A stretch of 64,000 nucleotides of DNA from Gammaproteobacteria bacterium (GTDB taxonomy: Bacteria > Pseudomonadota > Gammaproteobacteria > JABABF01). This document shows, piece after piece, positions 10,085 through 21,419 of the stretch (its first letter is position 1; each line of letters starts with the position of its first letter). The position numbers and the translations under genes are program-made. The notes beneath the pieces were generated by a model. It saw nothing but the letters and a program-made list of their open reading frames with translations. It had not been told where the DNA came from and did not search any database. The stretch spans positions 224,001-288,000 of the forward strand of contig OZ250153.1 of the NCBI GenBank assembly GCA_965237805.1, read 5' to 3'.

Positions 10085-11866
10085 TCAGTAGCTGCGAACG
10101 GTGGGCTGGAAAGCGTCCATGTCCTTGGGTGTGCAGTTGACCTCGCGGCGCGCATAGCGGTTGCCCTTGCTCCAGTAGAGCGAATGGCATAGCCAATTCT
10201 CGTCGTCGCGTTCCGGGTAATCTTCGCGGGCATGGGCACCGCGACTCTCGGTGCGCCACTCGGCGGCGAAAGCAGTGGCTTCGGCCACTTCGTAGAGGTT
10301 TTGCAGCTCGAGGATCTCAATGCGCTCGGTGTTGAAAGCAGCACTGTGATCGCTGAGCGTCAAGGCTTCGATACGCGGGCGCAGAGCCTGCAGCTCAGCG
10401 CGTCCCTCGCGCATCAGATCGCCATGGCGGAAGACACCGAAACAGCGTTGCATCACCGCCTGCATCGCACGCCGTAAGCCCGCCGGGGTGTCACCGCTAC
10501 CATCGCCCGCCGCCTCGATACGTCTCAGGCGCACCATCGCCCGCTCCAAGTCATCGCCAGTCGATGCTGGCTGAGCGCTGCCTGCGCTCAGGACATCGGC
10601 GACGAACAGGCCAGTGGCGCGGCCAAAGACGACCAGATCTAATAGCGAGTTGCCGCCGAGGCGGTTGGCACCGTGCACCGACACGCAGGCCACTTCGCCA
10701 CAGGCGTAGAGCCCCGGCACTGCCTCATCGCTGCCGCTGTCGCTGCGCCGCAAAACTTGGCCGTTGATGTTGACTGGCAAGCCTCCCATCATGTAGTGGC
10801 ATGTGGGCAGCACCGGGATCGGATCGCGTATCGGGTCGATATGGGCAAAAGTGCGCGAGAGTTCGCAGATGCCAGGTAAGCGGCTGTTGATCACTGCTGC
10901 GCCCAAGTGATCCAGCTTGAGCAACACATGGTCGCGTGCCTCGCCGCAGCCGCGATTCTCTTGCAGCTCCAACATCATCGAGCGGGCGACCACATCGCGA
11001 CCTGCGAGATCTTTGGCATTGGGTGCGTAACGCTCCATGAAACGCTCGCCATCGCGGTTGATCAGGTAGCCCCCCTCGCCCCGGCAGCCCTCGGTGATCA
11101 AGACGCCAGCACCGTGGATGCCGGTGGGATGGAATTGCCACATCTCCATATCCTGCACCGGCACATCGGCGCGCAGCGCCATGGCGATACCATCGCCAGT
11201 ATTGATATGAGCATTGGTGGTAGAGGCGTAGATGCGCCCGGCTCCGCCAGTGGCGAGCACGATGGCCTGCGCCTGTAGCCAGAGCTGCTCGCCGTCCTCA
11301 ATATTGATGGCGACGACGCCGGTCACCGAGCCGTCGGCGTTGGTCACCAAATCGACGACAAACCACTCATTGAGGAACACCACCTGCTGACGCAAGTTGT
11401 TCTGATAGAGCGTGTGCAGCAGTGCATGGCCGGTGCGGTCGGCGGCAGCGCAGGTGCGCGCCGCCTGCCCGCCTTTGCCATATTCCCGCGACTGGCCGCC
11501 AAAGGGGCGCTGGTAGATGCGACCGTTTTCAGTGCGCGAAAAGGGCAATCCCATATGCTCGAGTTCGAATACTGCTTCGGGGCCGGTGCGGCACATATAT
11601 TCGATGGCATCTTGGTCGCCGATGTAGTCGGCACCTTTGACAGTGTCGTACATATGCCAGCGCCAGTCGTCTTCGGGGTCGGCGCTGGCGATGGCGCAGG
11701 TGATGCCACCTTGGGCGGAAACAGTGTGCGAACGCGTCGGGAAAACCTTGGACAGCACCGCCGTGCGGTGAGCGGAGCCGGCCAGCTGCAGAGCGGCGCG
11801 CAGACCGGCACCGCCACCGCCGATGATCAGCGCATCGAAACTCATGCTGCGCAGCTGTTCAGCCAT
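10085..11866 (-). CDS. sdhA: Succinate dehydrogenase flavoprotein subunit
   Basis: [16 protein letters not shown] covalent-FAD His, [17 protein letters not shown]; real start MAEQLRS at 11866 (the 763-aa ORF is extended by frameshifted sdhD). Confidence 0.97.
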   Translation of the reverse strand: MAEQLRSMSFDALIIGGGGAGLRAALQLAGSAHRTAVLSKVFPTRSHTVSAQGGITCAIASADPEDDWRWHMYDTVKGADYIGDQDAIEYMCRTGPEAVFELEHMGLPFSRTENGRIYQRPFGGQSREYGKGGQAARTCAAADRTGHALLHTLYQNNLRQQVVFLNEWFVVDLVTNADGSVTGVVAINIEDGEQLWLQAQAIVLATGGAGRIYASTTNAHINTGDGIAMALRADVPVQDMEMWQFHPTGIHGAGVLITEGCRGEGGYLINRDGERFMERYAPNAKDLAGRDVVARSMMLELQENRGCGEARDHVLLKLDHLGAAVINSRLPGICELSRTFAHIDPIRDPIPVLPTCHYMMGGLPVNINGQVLRRSDSGSDEAVPGLYACGEVACVSVHGANRLGGNSLLDLVVFGRATGLFVADVLSAGSAQPASTGDDLERAMVRLRRIEAAGDGSGDTPAGLRRAMQAVMQRCFGVFRHGDLMREGRAELQALRPRIEALTLSDHSAAFNTERIEILELQNLYEVAEATAFAAEWRTESRGAHAREDYPERDDENWLCHSLYWSKGNRYARREVNCTPKDMDAFQPTVRSY

Positions 11867-11883
11867 TGATCCGCCCACCTCCG

Positions 11884-12274
11884 CTAGTGGAACACTGCCA
11901 GTGCGCCAATGCCCAGATAGAGGCAGATGAGCAGTAGCACGGCAGCCTGAGCCAACAGGCGCAAAGCCCTGCTCTTGGCACCCATCATATGTGGTACAAA
12001 GTAGTCGTTGATCACCGCCCACAGCCCGATCCAGGCGTGGCCAGCTGGCAGCCAGCGCCAGCACACTGAACGCTCGGAAGAGCGTGCTGGCGAAGAGCTG
12101 GTGCCACTCGGTATAACCCAGCTTCGGATGGCACAGGAAAAAGATCACCATAAACAGGCCGTAGGCCAGCAATACAAGGGCACCGGCGCGCTGCACGAGC
12201 CAGTCTTGTACGCCATTGCGCCCGAGGCTGCTCAGGGCGACATCCCGTTCACTACTCGCTGTATCCGATGTCAT
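11884..12274 (-). CDS. sdhD: Succinate dehydrogenase hydrophobic membrane anchor, with an apparent frameshift near 12045
   Basis: N half ([19 protein letters not shown]) is in the sdhA frame; C half ([13 protein letters not shown]) is in another frame ending at TAG 11884. Confidence 0.85.
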
Positions 12275-12284
12275 CGCGAGCCTC

Positions 12285-12671
12285 TCAGCACAGCCAGTAA
12301 GCGGCGAGAGCGGCGAGCAACGCCGCAGAGCCCAGCACCAGCCAAGCACCGAGTACGCCGCTATGCAGTTCCTCACCCCAGCCCATGTCCATCAGCAGAT
12401 GGCGCACGCCAGCGCAGCTGTGGTATGCCAGTGCCGACAGCACCAGCCACAGCAACAGGCAACCGACTGGCTCCTCAAACAAGAGTTGGCGCACGGTGTT
12501 GTAGCTGGCCGCTGAGTCCAGTGAGAAATAGAGCGCCAGCAACAATGGGGCACTGCCTAAAAAGAGCACGACACCAGAGATGCGGTGCAGGATCGACACC
12601 AATGCTGGGACTGGCAGTTTGATGGTGAGGATGGCCAAATTGACCGGTCGCCGATCTTCCATCAATTTCAC
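12285..12671 (-). CDS. sdhC: Succinate dehydrogenase cytochrome b556 subunit
   Basis: [25 protein letters not shown]; start may be ATG 12662. Confidence 0.95.
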   Translation of the reverse strand: MKLMEDRRPVNLAILTIKLPVPALVSILHRISGVVLFLGSAPLLLALYFSLDSAASYNTVRQLLFEEPVGCLLLWLVLSALAYHSCAGVRHLLMDMGWGEELHSGVLGAWLVLGSAALLAALAAYWLC

Positions 12672-12798
12672 TTGCTACACATGTTGAGCATACGGCGAGG
12701 CACACACCGAAGTTGTCAAATTGTAGCAGAGTCGCACCATGCCGAGCGGCGGCTACGCCGCGCCAGCGCCCGCTTAGGAAGTGTCTCAGCGCAGCGAG

Positions 12799-13512
12799 CT
12801 AGCCGGTGCCGCGATCAGCGCTGCCACTCGTTTCAGCGCCGCTCGGCGCTGCTGTGGCACAGCGCAATTCGCGCAGCTGATGCCATAGCACTGCCTTCCG
12901 CGCCGGCTGCGCAAGACAATGGCGCAGGCTCTCGCAACGCAGCACTTGCGTCGGCATAGCTGGCTCGTTCTCAACAGGCAGCTGCTGAGCGGTGTCTGCT
13001 CCCATCAACAGCATCCAACTCGCGCCATCGGCCAGTCCTGCGATGAAGCCCAGTGCCGCGCCGCGCCCGGCCTCAGCGCCGCCGTCACCGGCGGGCGGCG
13101 GCCAGCGCAACTGCTGGCAATGAGGAGACTGTGTCGACAGGCCACAGGCAGCGAGCAAATTACCGAGTAGCGCGAGCCATTGTGGGGACGCTTGGCGCTC
13201 CGCCACCGCCAGCTGATCCACCACCAACACATCGCCGACGCGCGCCGCCACCAAGTGGTAGCTGAGCTCCGCCGTCTGGCGGGATGCTCGCTGCCTCAGC
13301 GCAGAGTCGCCTCGCTGGCGTCGCCCGGCAGCCTGCGCCGTGGCAGCTGGCACTGTCGTAGGGGTGGCTGCGGCGGCTGGCAGAGGTGGTGGCTCGAACA
13401 GCGGATGCGCCGCCGCCCCCGGCAGCTGCCGCCGAGGCGCGAAGCATTCGATGTCCAAACGGCCCGCCATCCGGCGGCGGGCGGCGGGCGATGACAGCGA
13501 CTCAGATGCCAT
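12799..13512 (-). CDS. Hypothetical protein, coupled to leuA
   Basis: Overlaps the leuA stop; PRRQLPGAA N-terminus and KAVLWHQL C-terminus resemble the conserved hypothetical often found between leuA and rimI in gammaproteobacteria. Confidence 0.6.
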   Translation of the reverse strand: MASESLSSPAARRRMAGRLDIECFAPRRQLPGAAAHPLFEPPPLPAAAATPTTVPAATAQAAGRRQRGDSALRQRASRQTAELSYHLVAARVGDVLVVDQLAVAERQASPQWLALLGNLLAACGLSTQSPHCQQLRWPPPAGDGGAEAGRGAALGFIAGLADGASWMLLMGADTAQQLPVENEPAMPTQVLRCESLRHCLAQPARKAVLWHQLRELRCATAAPSGAETSGSADRGTG

Positions 13513-15052
13513 CGAGCTGTGGGTGCCGCTGCACCGTGCGGCCGAGGCGGCGTTGCGCGTCGAGCCAAGCGCGCGCCGAGGCGCTCACCACATCCTCGTC
13601 GATGCCGGTGCCGTTGGCGGTCTGGTTGCCGTGCGCCAGCTGTACCGCAGCTCTGCCCCGCGCCGCAGCGTTGCCGTGCGGAGCCGAATTGAGCGAATAG
13701 AGCAGCAGTCGAGCCTCGCTGTTGGTGGCTGCAGCCAATGCGCTGAAGACGGCATCGATCGGGCCGGTGCCCACGCTCTCGGCGCGCCGCTCGACACCAT
13801 CGATACACAACAGCACTTCGGCAGTGGCACCGTTGGCTAGGGAGCGATAGCTGATCTCGCGCAGCTGAGTGTCGTCGTCCTCGCTTGAGGGCAACTCACC
13901 GAGCAGGGTTGGCAGATCCTCATCAAAGACCTCGTGCTGGTGCGAGGCCAATTTCTTGAAGCGATCGAAGATATCGCCGAACTGTGGCTCGTCAAAGCAC
14001 AGCCCCAAGTCTTCCATCCGTCGACGCAAAGCGGCACGTCCGGAATGTTTGCCGAGCACCAGCTGGTTGGAGTACCAGCCCACATCCTCGGCATTCATGA
14101 TCTCGTAGGTCTGGCGGTGTTTGAGCACGCCATCTTGGTGGATGCCAGCCTCGTGTGCGAAGGCGTTGCGTCCGACGATGGCTTTGTTGGGTTGCACATA
14201 GAAACCGGTGGTCTCCGACACCAGACGCGAGATTGGCACCAAGTGGCGTCGCTCGATACGGGTCTGCAACGCGAAGCGGTCGCTGCGTGTGGCCACCGCC
14301 ATCACCACCTCCTCCAACGATGCGTTGCCAGCGCGCTCACCGATGCCGTTGATGGTGCATTCGACCTGCCGCACACCAGCTCTGATCGCGGCCAAGGAAT
14401 TGGCCACGGCCAAGCCGAGATCGTTGTGGCAGTGTACCGAAAATACGGCACGATCAGCGTTCGGCACCGAAGCCAACAGATCGCCGATCAAGGCGGCAAA
14501 CTCCGCGGGTTCGGCGTAACCGACCGTGTCGGGCAGGTTGATGGTGCCCGCACCGGCATCGATGGCGGCCTCGACGATACGACAGAGGAAGTCCCGCTCG
14601 GAGCGGCTGGCATCTTCGCAGGAGAACTCGACATCATCGCACAGATTACGTGCCCGTCGTACCGCCGCCACCGCCCGCTCGCAGACCTCGTCGGGCGGCA
14701 TCCGCAATTTGTGTGCCATATGCACTGGCGAGGTGGCAATAAAAGTGTGGATACGGGCGTTGCCGCGGGCGATGGCCGGTGCCAAGGCCTGCCCCGCCCG
14801 GTCGATATCCGAGAATAGAGCGCGTGCCAAGCTGCACACGCTGCTTTCTTCTATCTGCTCGGCCACCGCCAGCACCGAGGCGTGGTCATCCTCGCTGGAG
14901 GCGGCGAAACCCGCTTCGATGACATCGACGCGGAGTTTCTCCAGCATATGGGCGATCACGAGCTTCTCCGGGCGCGTCATCGAAGCCCCGGGGCTCTGTT
15001 CGCCGTCGCGCAAAGTGGTGTCAAAAATGCGTAGCAAGGCTTGGGCGCTCAT
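13502..15052 (-). CDS. leuA: 2-isopropylmalate synthase
   Basis: [42 protein letters not shown]-terminal regulatory domain. Confidence 0.97.
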   Translation of the reverse strand: MSAQALLRIFDTTLRDGEQSPGASMTRPEKLVIAHMLEKLRVDVIEAGFAASSEDDHASVLAVAEQIEESSVCSLARALFSDIDRAGQALAPAIARGNARIHTFIATSPVHMAHKLRMPPDEVCERAVAAVRRARNLCDDVEFSCEDASRSERDFLCRIVEAAIDAGAGTINLPDTVGYAEPAEFAALIGDLLASVPNADRAVFSVHCHNDLGLAVANSLAAIRAGVRQVECTINGIGERAGNASLEEVVMAVATRSDRFALQTRIERRHLVPISRLVSETTGFYVQPNKAIVGRNAFAHEAGIHQDGVLKHRQTYEIMNAEDVGWYSNQLVLGKHSGRAALRRRMEDLGLCFDEPQFGDIFDRFKKLASHQHEVFDEDLPTLLGELPSSEDDDTQLREISYRSLANGATAEVLLCIDGVERRAESVGTGPIDAVFSALAAATNSEARLLLYSLNSAPHGNAAARGRAAVQLAHGNQTANGTGIDEDVVSASARAWLDAQRRLGRTVQRHPQLDGI

Positions 15053-15112
15053 GCTGGTCTCCTAGCCTCAACGCCCACCGCAGCGCATGGCTCGGCGGAT
15101 CGATGTGGCACT

Positions 15113-15146
15113 TGAAAATAGAGTGACCCCGACCGGAGCCGGGCGT
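15113..15146 (-). terminator. Candidate attenuator terminator hairpin in the leuA leader
   Basis: Minus strand CCCGGC-TCCG-GTCGGG stem-loop followed by CACTCTATTTT, between the leader peptide and leuA. Confidence 0.4.
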
Positions 15147-15180
15147 GGCATCGAAAGTTGATTGATGTCGTCGAGAGCCC

Positions 15181-15267
15181 CTAGCGGGGCAGCAGAAGGC
15201 TAAGACCCAGCGCACGGCGCAAAAGGCCAGCTGCGGGGCGGATATCGGAGGAGCCAAGAGATTGCAT
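15181..15267 (-). CDS. Putative leu leader peptide (28 aa, MQSLGSSDIRPAAGLLRRALGLSLLLPR)
   Basis: Short ORF directly upstream of leuA with 8 Leu codons, 5 of them in the last 9 residues; starts right after a sigma70 promoter. Confidence 0.65.
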   Translation of the reverse strand: MQSLGSSDIRPAAGLLRRALGLSLLLPR

Positions 15268-15276
15268 AACGATGGA

Positions 15277-15305
15277 ATTATGGCACCGTTGCCGCCCACT
15301 GTCAA
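15277..15305 (-). promoter_or_regulatory. sigma70 promoter of the leuA leader
   Basis: TTGACA-17 nt-CATAAT on the minus strand. Confidence 0.75.
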
Positions 15306-15455
15306 GCCTTTTTAGAGGGGCTGAGAGACCAAGTGTGCAGGCGATGTTCCGCTTGTTATAGAGGGCGGTTTTGGATTAAGGTTTGATGCAAGATAAGGTG
15401 TGACACATTTTCAACATCATGTCTCGCCGCAACCCAGCTGCTAGCCACCCCCTGC

Positions 15456-15926
15456 CTAGTCCGGATCACCCGCTGAGTGGCAGCGCATCATCGAGTTGGT
15501 TGGGAAGCGCAGCGCCACTTCGTCGCGCTGCTTGCGTCGCTCCATCTGGTAGACGATGATGCCGCGGTCTGGCTTGCGCTGTGATCGACGCTTGGAGAGC
15601 GCTTGCCCACACCGACGCATCTGGTCACCGGGAGGCACGGCTCGAGCAGCGCCACCTGGTCCCAGCCGAGCCCGGCCACGGTGGCGCTACGGCGCGGCCA
15701 TCATCCGATCGCGCCCCAAGCGCATCACCAGCACACAAGGGTGCAAGCCCGAAGCACAGAAGCCCAAGGGCCACTCCGGGCCGACATCCGCAGCTAAGTG
15801 GAAGGGCTGTGGATCCCATTGGCGCGCGAATTCGATGATCTCTTCAGCGCTCAGTGCACGCGGCTCGGATTCTTGCCACCGAGCCACTTCGATATCCTCG
15901 TAGTACATCAACTCCATATCGGTCAT
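15456..15926 (-). pseudogene. MaoC-family (hot-dog) dehydratase, split over three frames
   Basis: YYEDIEV...EEIIEFARQWDPQPFH...ASGLH in one frame; AGLGWDQV in a second; PGD...RRSQRKPDRGII in a third. Confidence 0.75.
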
Positions 15927-15930
15927 CGCT

Positions 15931-16539
15931 TCAACGCCTCGCCGTGCGCGCCCGGTCCGGTCGCAGGCGCAGGCCCAACAACAGCGCGAATAGCGCGGCG
16001 TAGATCAGCGGCTCGAGCAGATCTTTGGAGAGCCAATAAAAATGGATGGCGGCCAGCGGCGCAATGATGTAGATCAATCTGTGCAAGCGCTTCCAGCGCC
16101 GCCCGAGGCGGCGTTGTGCGGCGCGATTCGAGGTGGCTCCCAACGGTAGCAGCAGCAGCCAAGCCAGTGCCCCGACCAGCAGCCATGGATGCTCGACGAT
16201 CTCCTCCAGCAGCGCCGTCGCATCCCAACCGAGCAGCAGGCTCAGATAGGCGAGCAGATGCGTGCTGGCATAGCCCAAGCACATCAGCCCCAGCGTGCGT
16301 CGGCAGCGCAGTAGCCCGGCACCACCCAGCCGGAGCAGCCGCCGCAACGGTGTGATCGCCAAGGTGGCGAGCAATAGGCGCAAGGCCCACAGGCCGGCGA
16401 ACAGGACCACTTCCCGCGGCGGGTCGGCCCCCAAATCTCCGCTCAGCCCGCGCCGCACCAACAGTGCCAAGGGCAGCGCACACAACAGCGCCAAAGCACT
16501 TTGCGGCAAGTAGGCGAGCAGCCTAGAAGCGACCGCCAC
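15931..16539 (-). CDS. msrQ: Protein-methionine-sulfoxide reductase heme-binding membrane subunit
   Basis: GLWALRLL..TLAITP, RRTLGL, WKRLHRLIY; downstream of msrP. Confidence 0.93.
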   Translation of the reverse strand: MAVASRLLAYLPQSALALLCALPLALLVRRGLSGDLGADPPREVVLFAGLWALRLLLATLAITPLRRLLRLGGAGLLRCRRTLGLMCLGYASTHLLAYLSLLLGWDATALLEEIVEHPWLLVGALAWLLLLPLGATSNRAAQRRLGRRWKRLHRLIYIIAPLAAIHFYWLSKDLLEPLIYAALFALLLGLRLRPDRARTARR

Positions 16540-16542
16540 GCT

Positions 16543-17592
16543 TCAAAAATGCCGCCGCAAATCCATGCCGTTGTAGAGCTGGGCCACTTGTGGCGCGTAG
16601 CCGTTGAAGGCTTGGGTGGGGATGTAGTTTGGTTGTCGCAGGCCACTCGGCAGGCGGCGCTCTTTGGCCTGACTCCAGCGCGGATGCGAGACCGCCGGAT
16701 TGACATTGGCATAGAAGCCGTACTCGCGCGGCGCACTACGATTCCAACTGGTCGGTGGCTGTTGCTCGACCAAGTGCATGCTAGCGATGGATTTGATGCC
16801 CTTGAAGCCGTATTTCCACGGCACCACCAGACGCAGCGGCGCGCCATTTTGGGGCAGCAGCGCCTGACCGTAGAGGCCGACTGCCAGCAAGCTCAGCGGG
16901 TGCATCGCCTCGTCGATGCGCAAACCCTCGACATAGGGCCATTGCAAGCTGCCGAAGCGGTTGCGATGCGTCGGGATGCGTCCCGGTTCGTGCAGCGTGC
17001 TAAAGGCCACATAGCGGGCCTTGGAAGTCGGCTTTAGCGCACGCAACAGCGCGGCCAGAGGGATGCCGATCCACGGGATGACCATGGACCACGCCTCGAC
17101 GCAGCGCATGCGGTAAATACGCTCTTCCAGCGGGTGGCGCGCCATCAAATCCTCCAACAAATAATCGCCCGGACGATCGATCTCTCCGCCGATACGAAGC
17201 GTCCACGGTGCCACCGGTAACAGCGCCTTGGCATGGCGCGCCGGATCATCTTTGCCAGTGCCGAATTCGTAGAAATTGTTATAGCCAGCGACATATTTCA
17301 ACGGCGTCAGCGCTTCGGCAGTGCGCAGCCCGGCCAACTCGTCGTCGGCAGTGGACGTGCGGTACTCCAACGGGGCCCCCGGTGCGGGCTGCTCGGAGGC
17401 CAGCTCGGCAGCTGTCAGCGGTGCTGCCGGCGTGTCTGCGCCCTCGCCCATGGCGAACAGACGGCTCGGCAGGCTGCCCAGAGCTGCCGCACCGGCACCG
17501 AGCCCGAGCAGCTGGCGGCGGCGCAAGTAGACGCTGTGTGAGCAAATTTCAGAGCTGCGCGGGGCGCAGGGATCGGCGCGGCGAATCAACAT
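16543..17592 (-). CDS. msrP: Protein-methionine-sulfoxide reductase catalytic Mo subunit
   Basis: Tat motif [39 protein letters not shown]; start MLIRR at 17592. Confidence 0.96.
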   Translation of the reverse strand: MLIRRADPCAPRSSEICSHSVYLRRRQLLGLGAGAAALGSLPSRLFAMGEGADTPAAPLTAAELASEQPAPGAPLEYRTSTADDELAGLRTAEALTPLKYVAGYNNFYEFGTGKDDPARHAKALLPVAPWTLRIGGEIDRPGDYLLEDLMARHPLEERIYRMRCVEAWSMVIPWIGIPLAALLRALKPTSKARYVAFSTLHEPGRIPTHRNRFGSLQWPYVEGLRIDEAMHPLSLLAVGLYGQALLPQNGAPLRLVVPWKYGFKGIKSIASMHLVEQQPPTSWNRSAPREYGFYANVNPAVSHPRWSQAKERRLPSGLRQPNYIPTQAFNGYAPQVAQLYNGMDLRRHF

Positions 17593-18467
17593 GACTTGGC
17601 AGTGCTCTTGGTGCGGCGCAGAGCTTGCTTCCACAGCCAAGTCAGCGGTCCAGACAGGGCGTAGAGGCTGGATATCAGCAATAGCATCCACGGCGGATTG
17701 AGCGAGACCACCACCAGCATCAGCAGCAAGGTGACGGTGACGCCAAAAGGCACACGGCGGCGCGAGCCTGAGTCTTTGAAACTGCGGTAGGGAACGGTGA
17801 GCAACATCAGGGTGCCAGCCGTCAAGATCGTCGCCGCCACCAGCCATGCCAGCATCGGTGGCACCACACCGCCGCCAGCACCGCCATAGCCGATGTCGCA
17901 CAGCCCCCAGACTAGCGCACTCAGCAACATCGCAGCCAAGGGGCTGGAGAGGCCCTGGAAATAGCGCGGCGCGCGGTCGGCGACTTGGCTGTTGAAGCGC
18001 GACAGGCGCATCGCCGTGCAGGCGGCATAGAAGAAGGCGATGGCCTGGCCGGTATTGCCGAGGGAGTACAGCCCCCAGTGGTAGGCAATCAAGGGCGGGG
18101 CGATGCCGAATGAGACCATGTCGGCAAAGCTGTCGTAATGCAGCCCAAAGGTGCTCTGAGCGTTGATGCGACGCGCCACCTTGCCGTCCAAGCCGTCGAA
18201 TAGCATGGCGATGAACACAGCCATCGCAGCGTATTCATGGCGCCCGCCAGCCGATTGCAAAATCGCCCAAAAACCGGCAAACAACACCACCGTGGTCAGT
18301 AAGTTAGGCCACAGGTAGATGACCGGATAACGTGCGGATGAGGACTGCAGCTCGCCAGTGGCGACCGCATCGTGTTCGGGACTGGGCAAACGCGTGATGT
18401 GGGCTGACTGTGGAGTGTTCGCCATCTCAGCGTTCCGTGCCCGCTCGCTATCAATGGGCAAACTCAT
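17586..18467 (-). CDS. pssA: CDP-diacylglycerol--serine O-phosphatidyltransferase
   Basis: [14 protein letters not shown]...FG..YDSFAD.VSFGIAP CDP-alcohol phosphotransferase motif. Confidence 0.92.
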   Translation of the reverse strand: MSLPIDSERARNAEMANTPQSAHITRLPSPEHDAVATGELQSSSARYPVIYLWPNLLTTVVLFAGFWAILQSAGGRHEYAAMAVFIAMLFDGLDGKVARRINAQSTFGLHYDSFADMVSFGIAPPLIAYHWGLYSLGNTGQAIAFFYAACTAMRLSRFNSQVADRAPRYFQGLSSPLAAMLLSALVWGLCDIGYGGAGGGVVPPMLAWLVAATILTAGTLMLLTVPYRSFKDSGSRRRVPFGVTVTLLLMLVVVSLNPPWMLLLISSLYALSGPLTWLWKQALRRTKSTAKSC

Positions 18468-18470
18468 TTT

Positions 18471-19502
18471 TCAAACGCCAATTTCGACCATAATCTTGGC
18501 ACCGTGCTCGGGATCGCTGGCAGCGGTGAAGGCGGCGGCGAAATCGTCCAGCCCGAAGTGTGCACTGATCAGCGGATCGGTATCGAAAGTGGGGTCGGCC
18601 AGCAGCTCCAGCGCGGCGTGAAACTCATCTCCGGGGTAGCCCATCGAACCCTGCAAGCGGAAGTCTTTCATCAGCACCGTGATCAGATCCAGCGGCACCG
18701 GCTCACTGTGCAGACCGGCGATCACCAGCCGCGAGCCCGGCGGCGCGCCACCGACAATGCTCTGTACTACCTGCGCTTTACCGGCAGCGTCAAAGAACAG
18801 CTCAGTGTTGGGAACTTGCTGAGCGAAAAAAGTCTGCTCGCCGTGGTGGTGCCGCAAAGTCTCCCATGGCTCGCCGTCGCCCGGAGCGAGTGCGGCAACA
18901 GCGCCGAGCTGCAGCGCCAGCTCGCGGCGCGCAGCCGAAAAATCCACCGCCACAATATCGCGCACACCGCGCCGGCTCAGCAGCGCGACGATGCCCAAGC
19001 CGATCGGCCCAACGCCGAAAACGGCGGCCCGTTCACCCGCCACCGGCGCGCCGATATTGACGGCGTGCAGCGACACTGCCAGCGGCTCGGTCAGCGCAGC
19101 TCGGTGGAAGGAGACCGCGTCGGGTAAGGGCAGCAGCACGCCGCCCGCAGCGACATTGCGCACCAGCAGATAATCACCAAAGCCCCCCTCGGGGCCACCG
19201 TTGCCGATCATATTGTCCGCCGCCATCGGATTGACGGTCACGCGCATGCCGGGGTGCAACTCCGCCACGCCCTCGCCCACCGCCTCGATCACCGCTGAAA
19301 GTTCGTGTCCCAGCGGCATCGGCTGCGCGGAGGGGCCGAGCAAGCCGCCGCGAGCGACATAGCCGAGGTCGCTACCGCAGATGCCACAGACCATCACCCG
19401 CAACAAAACCTCGCCCGCCGCCGGTGTCGGCACGGGCACACGCTCTAGTTTAAAGTCGTCCGGGCCGTACAGCTTGACCAGCCGCATCTCAGCTGTTGTC
19501 AC
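18471..19502 (-). CDS. Zn-dependent medium-chain alcohol dehydrogenase
   Basis: CGICGSD, LGHE, EPLAV, GVGPIG motifs. Confidence 0.9.
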   Translation of the reverse strand: MTTAEMRLVKLYGPDDFKLERVPVPTPAAGEVLLRVMVCGICGSDLGYVARGGLLGPSAQPMPLGHELSAVIEAVGEGVAELHPGMRVTVNPMAADNMIGNGGPEGGFGDYLLVRNVAAGGVLLPLPDAVSFHRAALTEPLAVSLHAVNIGAPVAGERAAVFGVGPIGLGIVALLSRRGVRDIVAVDFSAARRELALQLGAVAALAPGDGEPWETLRHHHGEQTFFAQQVPNTELFFDAAGKAQVVQSIVGGAPPGSRLVIAGLHSEPVPLDLITVLMKDFRLQGSMGYPGDEFHAALELLADPTFDTDPLISAHFGLDDFAAAFTAASDPEHGAKIMVEIGV

Positions 19503-19655
19503 TATGAGCGATCCCCTCGCAAGCTGCTGGTCATCATGCTTGCCTATTGTATGATGTATGCCATGAACTGGTTGTTTTCTCAGCTGTTGCCGTGCGCCGA
19601 GCTGGCATCCTTAAACGAGATTGGCAACAGAGCTAACTAATCAGAGTCTATCCCT

Positions 19656-20411
19656 ATGTCAAAACTTGAGATCACAGTCAAAAATGCCATCGCTACCGTG
19701 GTGATGGAATACAACAAGGTCAACGCACTGGCCATCGCAGAGGTGCTGGAAGTGGCCGCCACATTGGGCGAGGTGGCCAGCCGCGAAGGCGTGCGTGTGG
19801 TGCTGCTCGGCAACCGTGGCAAGGGCTTCTGCGTCGGTGCCAATGTCAAGGAGCTGAACGCCGACCACACACTGATCACCGAGAGCAACCGCGCTTGGTA
19901 CCGATTGTTCGCCGCCGTCTACGACTGCCCGCTACCGCTGATCGCCGTGGTCGATGGCTACTGTATGGGCGGCGGCATCGGCATTATCGGCGCGGCGGAT
20001 ATGGTCTACGCCTCAGCGCGTTCCAGCTTTAGCTTGCCCGAGGTCAAGGTCGGTGCGTTGGGTGGTGCCACCCACCTGATGCGTCTGGTCGGACCGCAGA
20101 AGACGCGCTCGATGATGTACACCGGAGACGCTGTCAGCGCCGATGAATTCGCCCGCTTCGGCGGCATTGAGGCGGTGTTGCCAGAGGAAGAACTGTGGGA
20201 TGCGGCGCGAGCGATGGCCGCGCGCATCGCCGCCAACGATGCCGACGCCGTGCGCTTGGCCAAGGAATCACTAAACGGCATCGATGTCATAGACATCAAG
20301 AAGAGCTACCGCTTTGAGCAAGGTTTTACGCTGGAACTCTACAGCTCGCCGAGCGCGGCGGCAGCCCGTGCCGCCCAAGTCGAGGGCGGTTTTGGCGGCA
20401 AGCGGAGCTGA
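19656..20411 (+). CDS. Enoyl-CoA hydratase/isomerase (crotonase) family protein
   Basis: GFCVGANVKE, DGYCMGGG, SLPEV; the C-terminus KESLNGID..DIKKSYRFEQGFTLEL resembles EchA20-type hydratases. Confidence 0.9.
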   Translation: MSKLEITVKNAIATVVMEYNKVNALAIAEVLEVAATLGEVASREGVRVVLLGNRGKGFCVGANVKELNADHTLITESNRAWYRLFAAVYDCPLPLIAVVDGYCMGGGIGIIGAADMVYASARSSFSLPEVKVGALGGATHLMRLVGPQKTRSMMYTGDAVSADEFARFGGIEAVLPEEELWDAARAMAARIAANDADAVRLAKESLNGIDVIDIKKSYRFEQGFTLELYSSPSAAAARAAQVEGGFGGKRS

Positions 20412-21172
20412 TGCAGATGAGTAGCGGGCAGATGCGCTGTGATTTCAGCGGCAGTCATGCACTGGTCACCGGTGGCACCCGCGGTATCGGCTTCGCGATC
20501 GCCGAGGCTCTCGCCGCCGCCGGTGCAAGCGTGGCGATCACCGGCACCCGTGCCGCTGCGGCGGATTACGACAACGATCTGTCGGCCTTTGAATACCTGC
20601 GTCTGGATGTGCGCGAACGCGAGGCCATCGCCGCCGTCGCCGCGACGCGTCGACGATTGGACATCTTGGTCAACAACGCCGGCACCGTCTTTCCGGGTGG
20701 ACGCGACGAATACGAGGGCGAGGTGTTCGAAGAATCGCTGCGGCTGAATCTCGCCAGCGCTTTTCATCTGAGCAGCGGCTGCCACCAGCTGCTGGCCGCC
20801 TCTGAGCAACCGGGCGGTGCCTCCATCATCAACATCGCCTCGTTGACCTCGTGGTTCGGCTTGCCGATGATTCCTGGCTACGGTGCAGCCAAAGCTGGCT
20901 TGGCGCAGCTAGGCCGCAGCTTGGCCATCGCGTGGGCCGCCGAGGGGGTGCGTGTCAATGCGGTGGCTGCCGGCCTGACCGTCACCGATATGACGGCACC
21001 GATGGTCGAGGATCCGGCAATGCTGGCCCCCTTCCTCAGCCGCACACCGCTGAATCGCACGGCCGAGCCGAGGGAAATCGCCGATGCGGTGATGTTTCTG
21101 TGCAGCGCGGCCGCTGCCTACATCACCGGTCAGACTTTGGTCGTCGACGGCGGCTTCTCCATCTCCGGCTAG
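20411..21172 (+). CDS. SDR family oxidoreductase
   Basis: TGGTRGIG, NNAG, YGAAK catalytic motif, VDGG. Confidence 0.92.
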   Translation: MQMSSGQMRCDFSGSHALVTGGTRGIGFAIAEALAAAGASVAITGTRAAAADYDNDLSAFEYLRLDVREREAIAAVAATRRRLDILVNNAGTVFPGGRDEYEGEVFEESLRLNLASAFHLSSGCHQLLAASEQPGGASIINIASLTSWFGLPMIPGYGAAKAGLAQLGRSLAIAWAAEGVRVNAVAAGLTVTDMTAPMVEDPAMLAPFLSRTPLNRTAEPREIADAVMFLCSAAAAYITGQTLVVDGGFSISG

Positions 21173-21419
21173 GGATTGTCTGGCGCTTAACCCGCAGACC
21201 CACAAAGCGGTTTTTGATGCGCATCATCGCCGTGCCGCTAGCGTATTTATGCACATGTCGCGTCGATGGCTTCATTAGATTGAGCATTTTCTTTCTGCTC
21301 AATCAAAGCAAGTCATCATAACTATATAATCTGCATTGATTTTGCCGCAAAATTCACTTGGCAGTGCTTCATTTTTTAGCAAGCCATTAGCCAGCACCTT
21401 TCTATGTGGTCGTCAGCGT

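Noticed and set aside
10085-12376. 763-aa SdhD-SdhA fusion protein
   Set aside because: Explained by a frameshift in sdhD; sdhA has its own start at 11866 with an upstream GGAGG.
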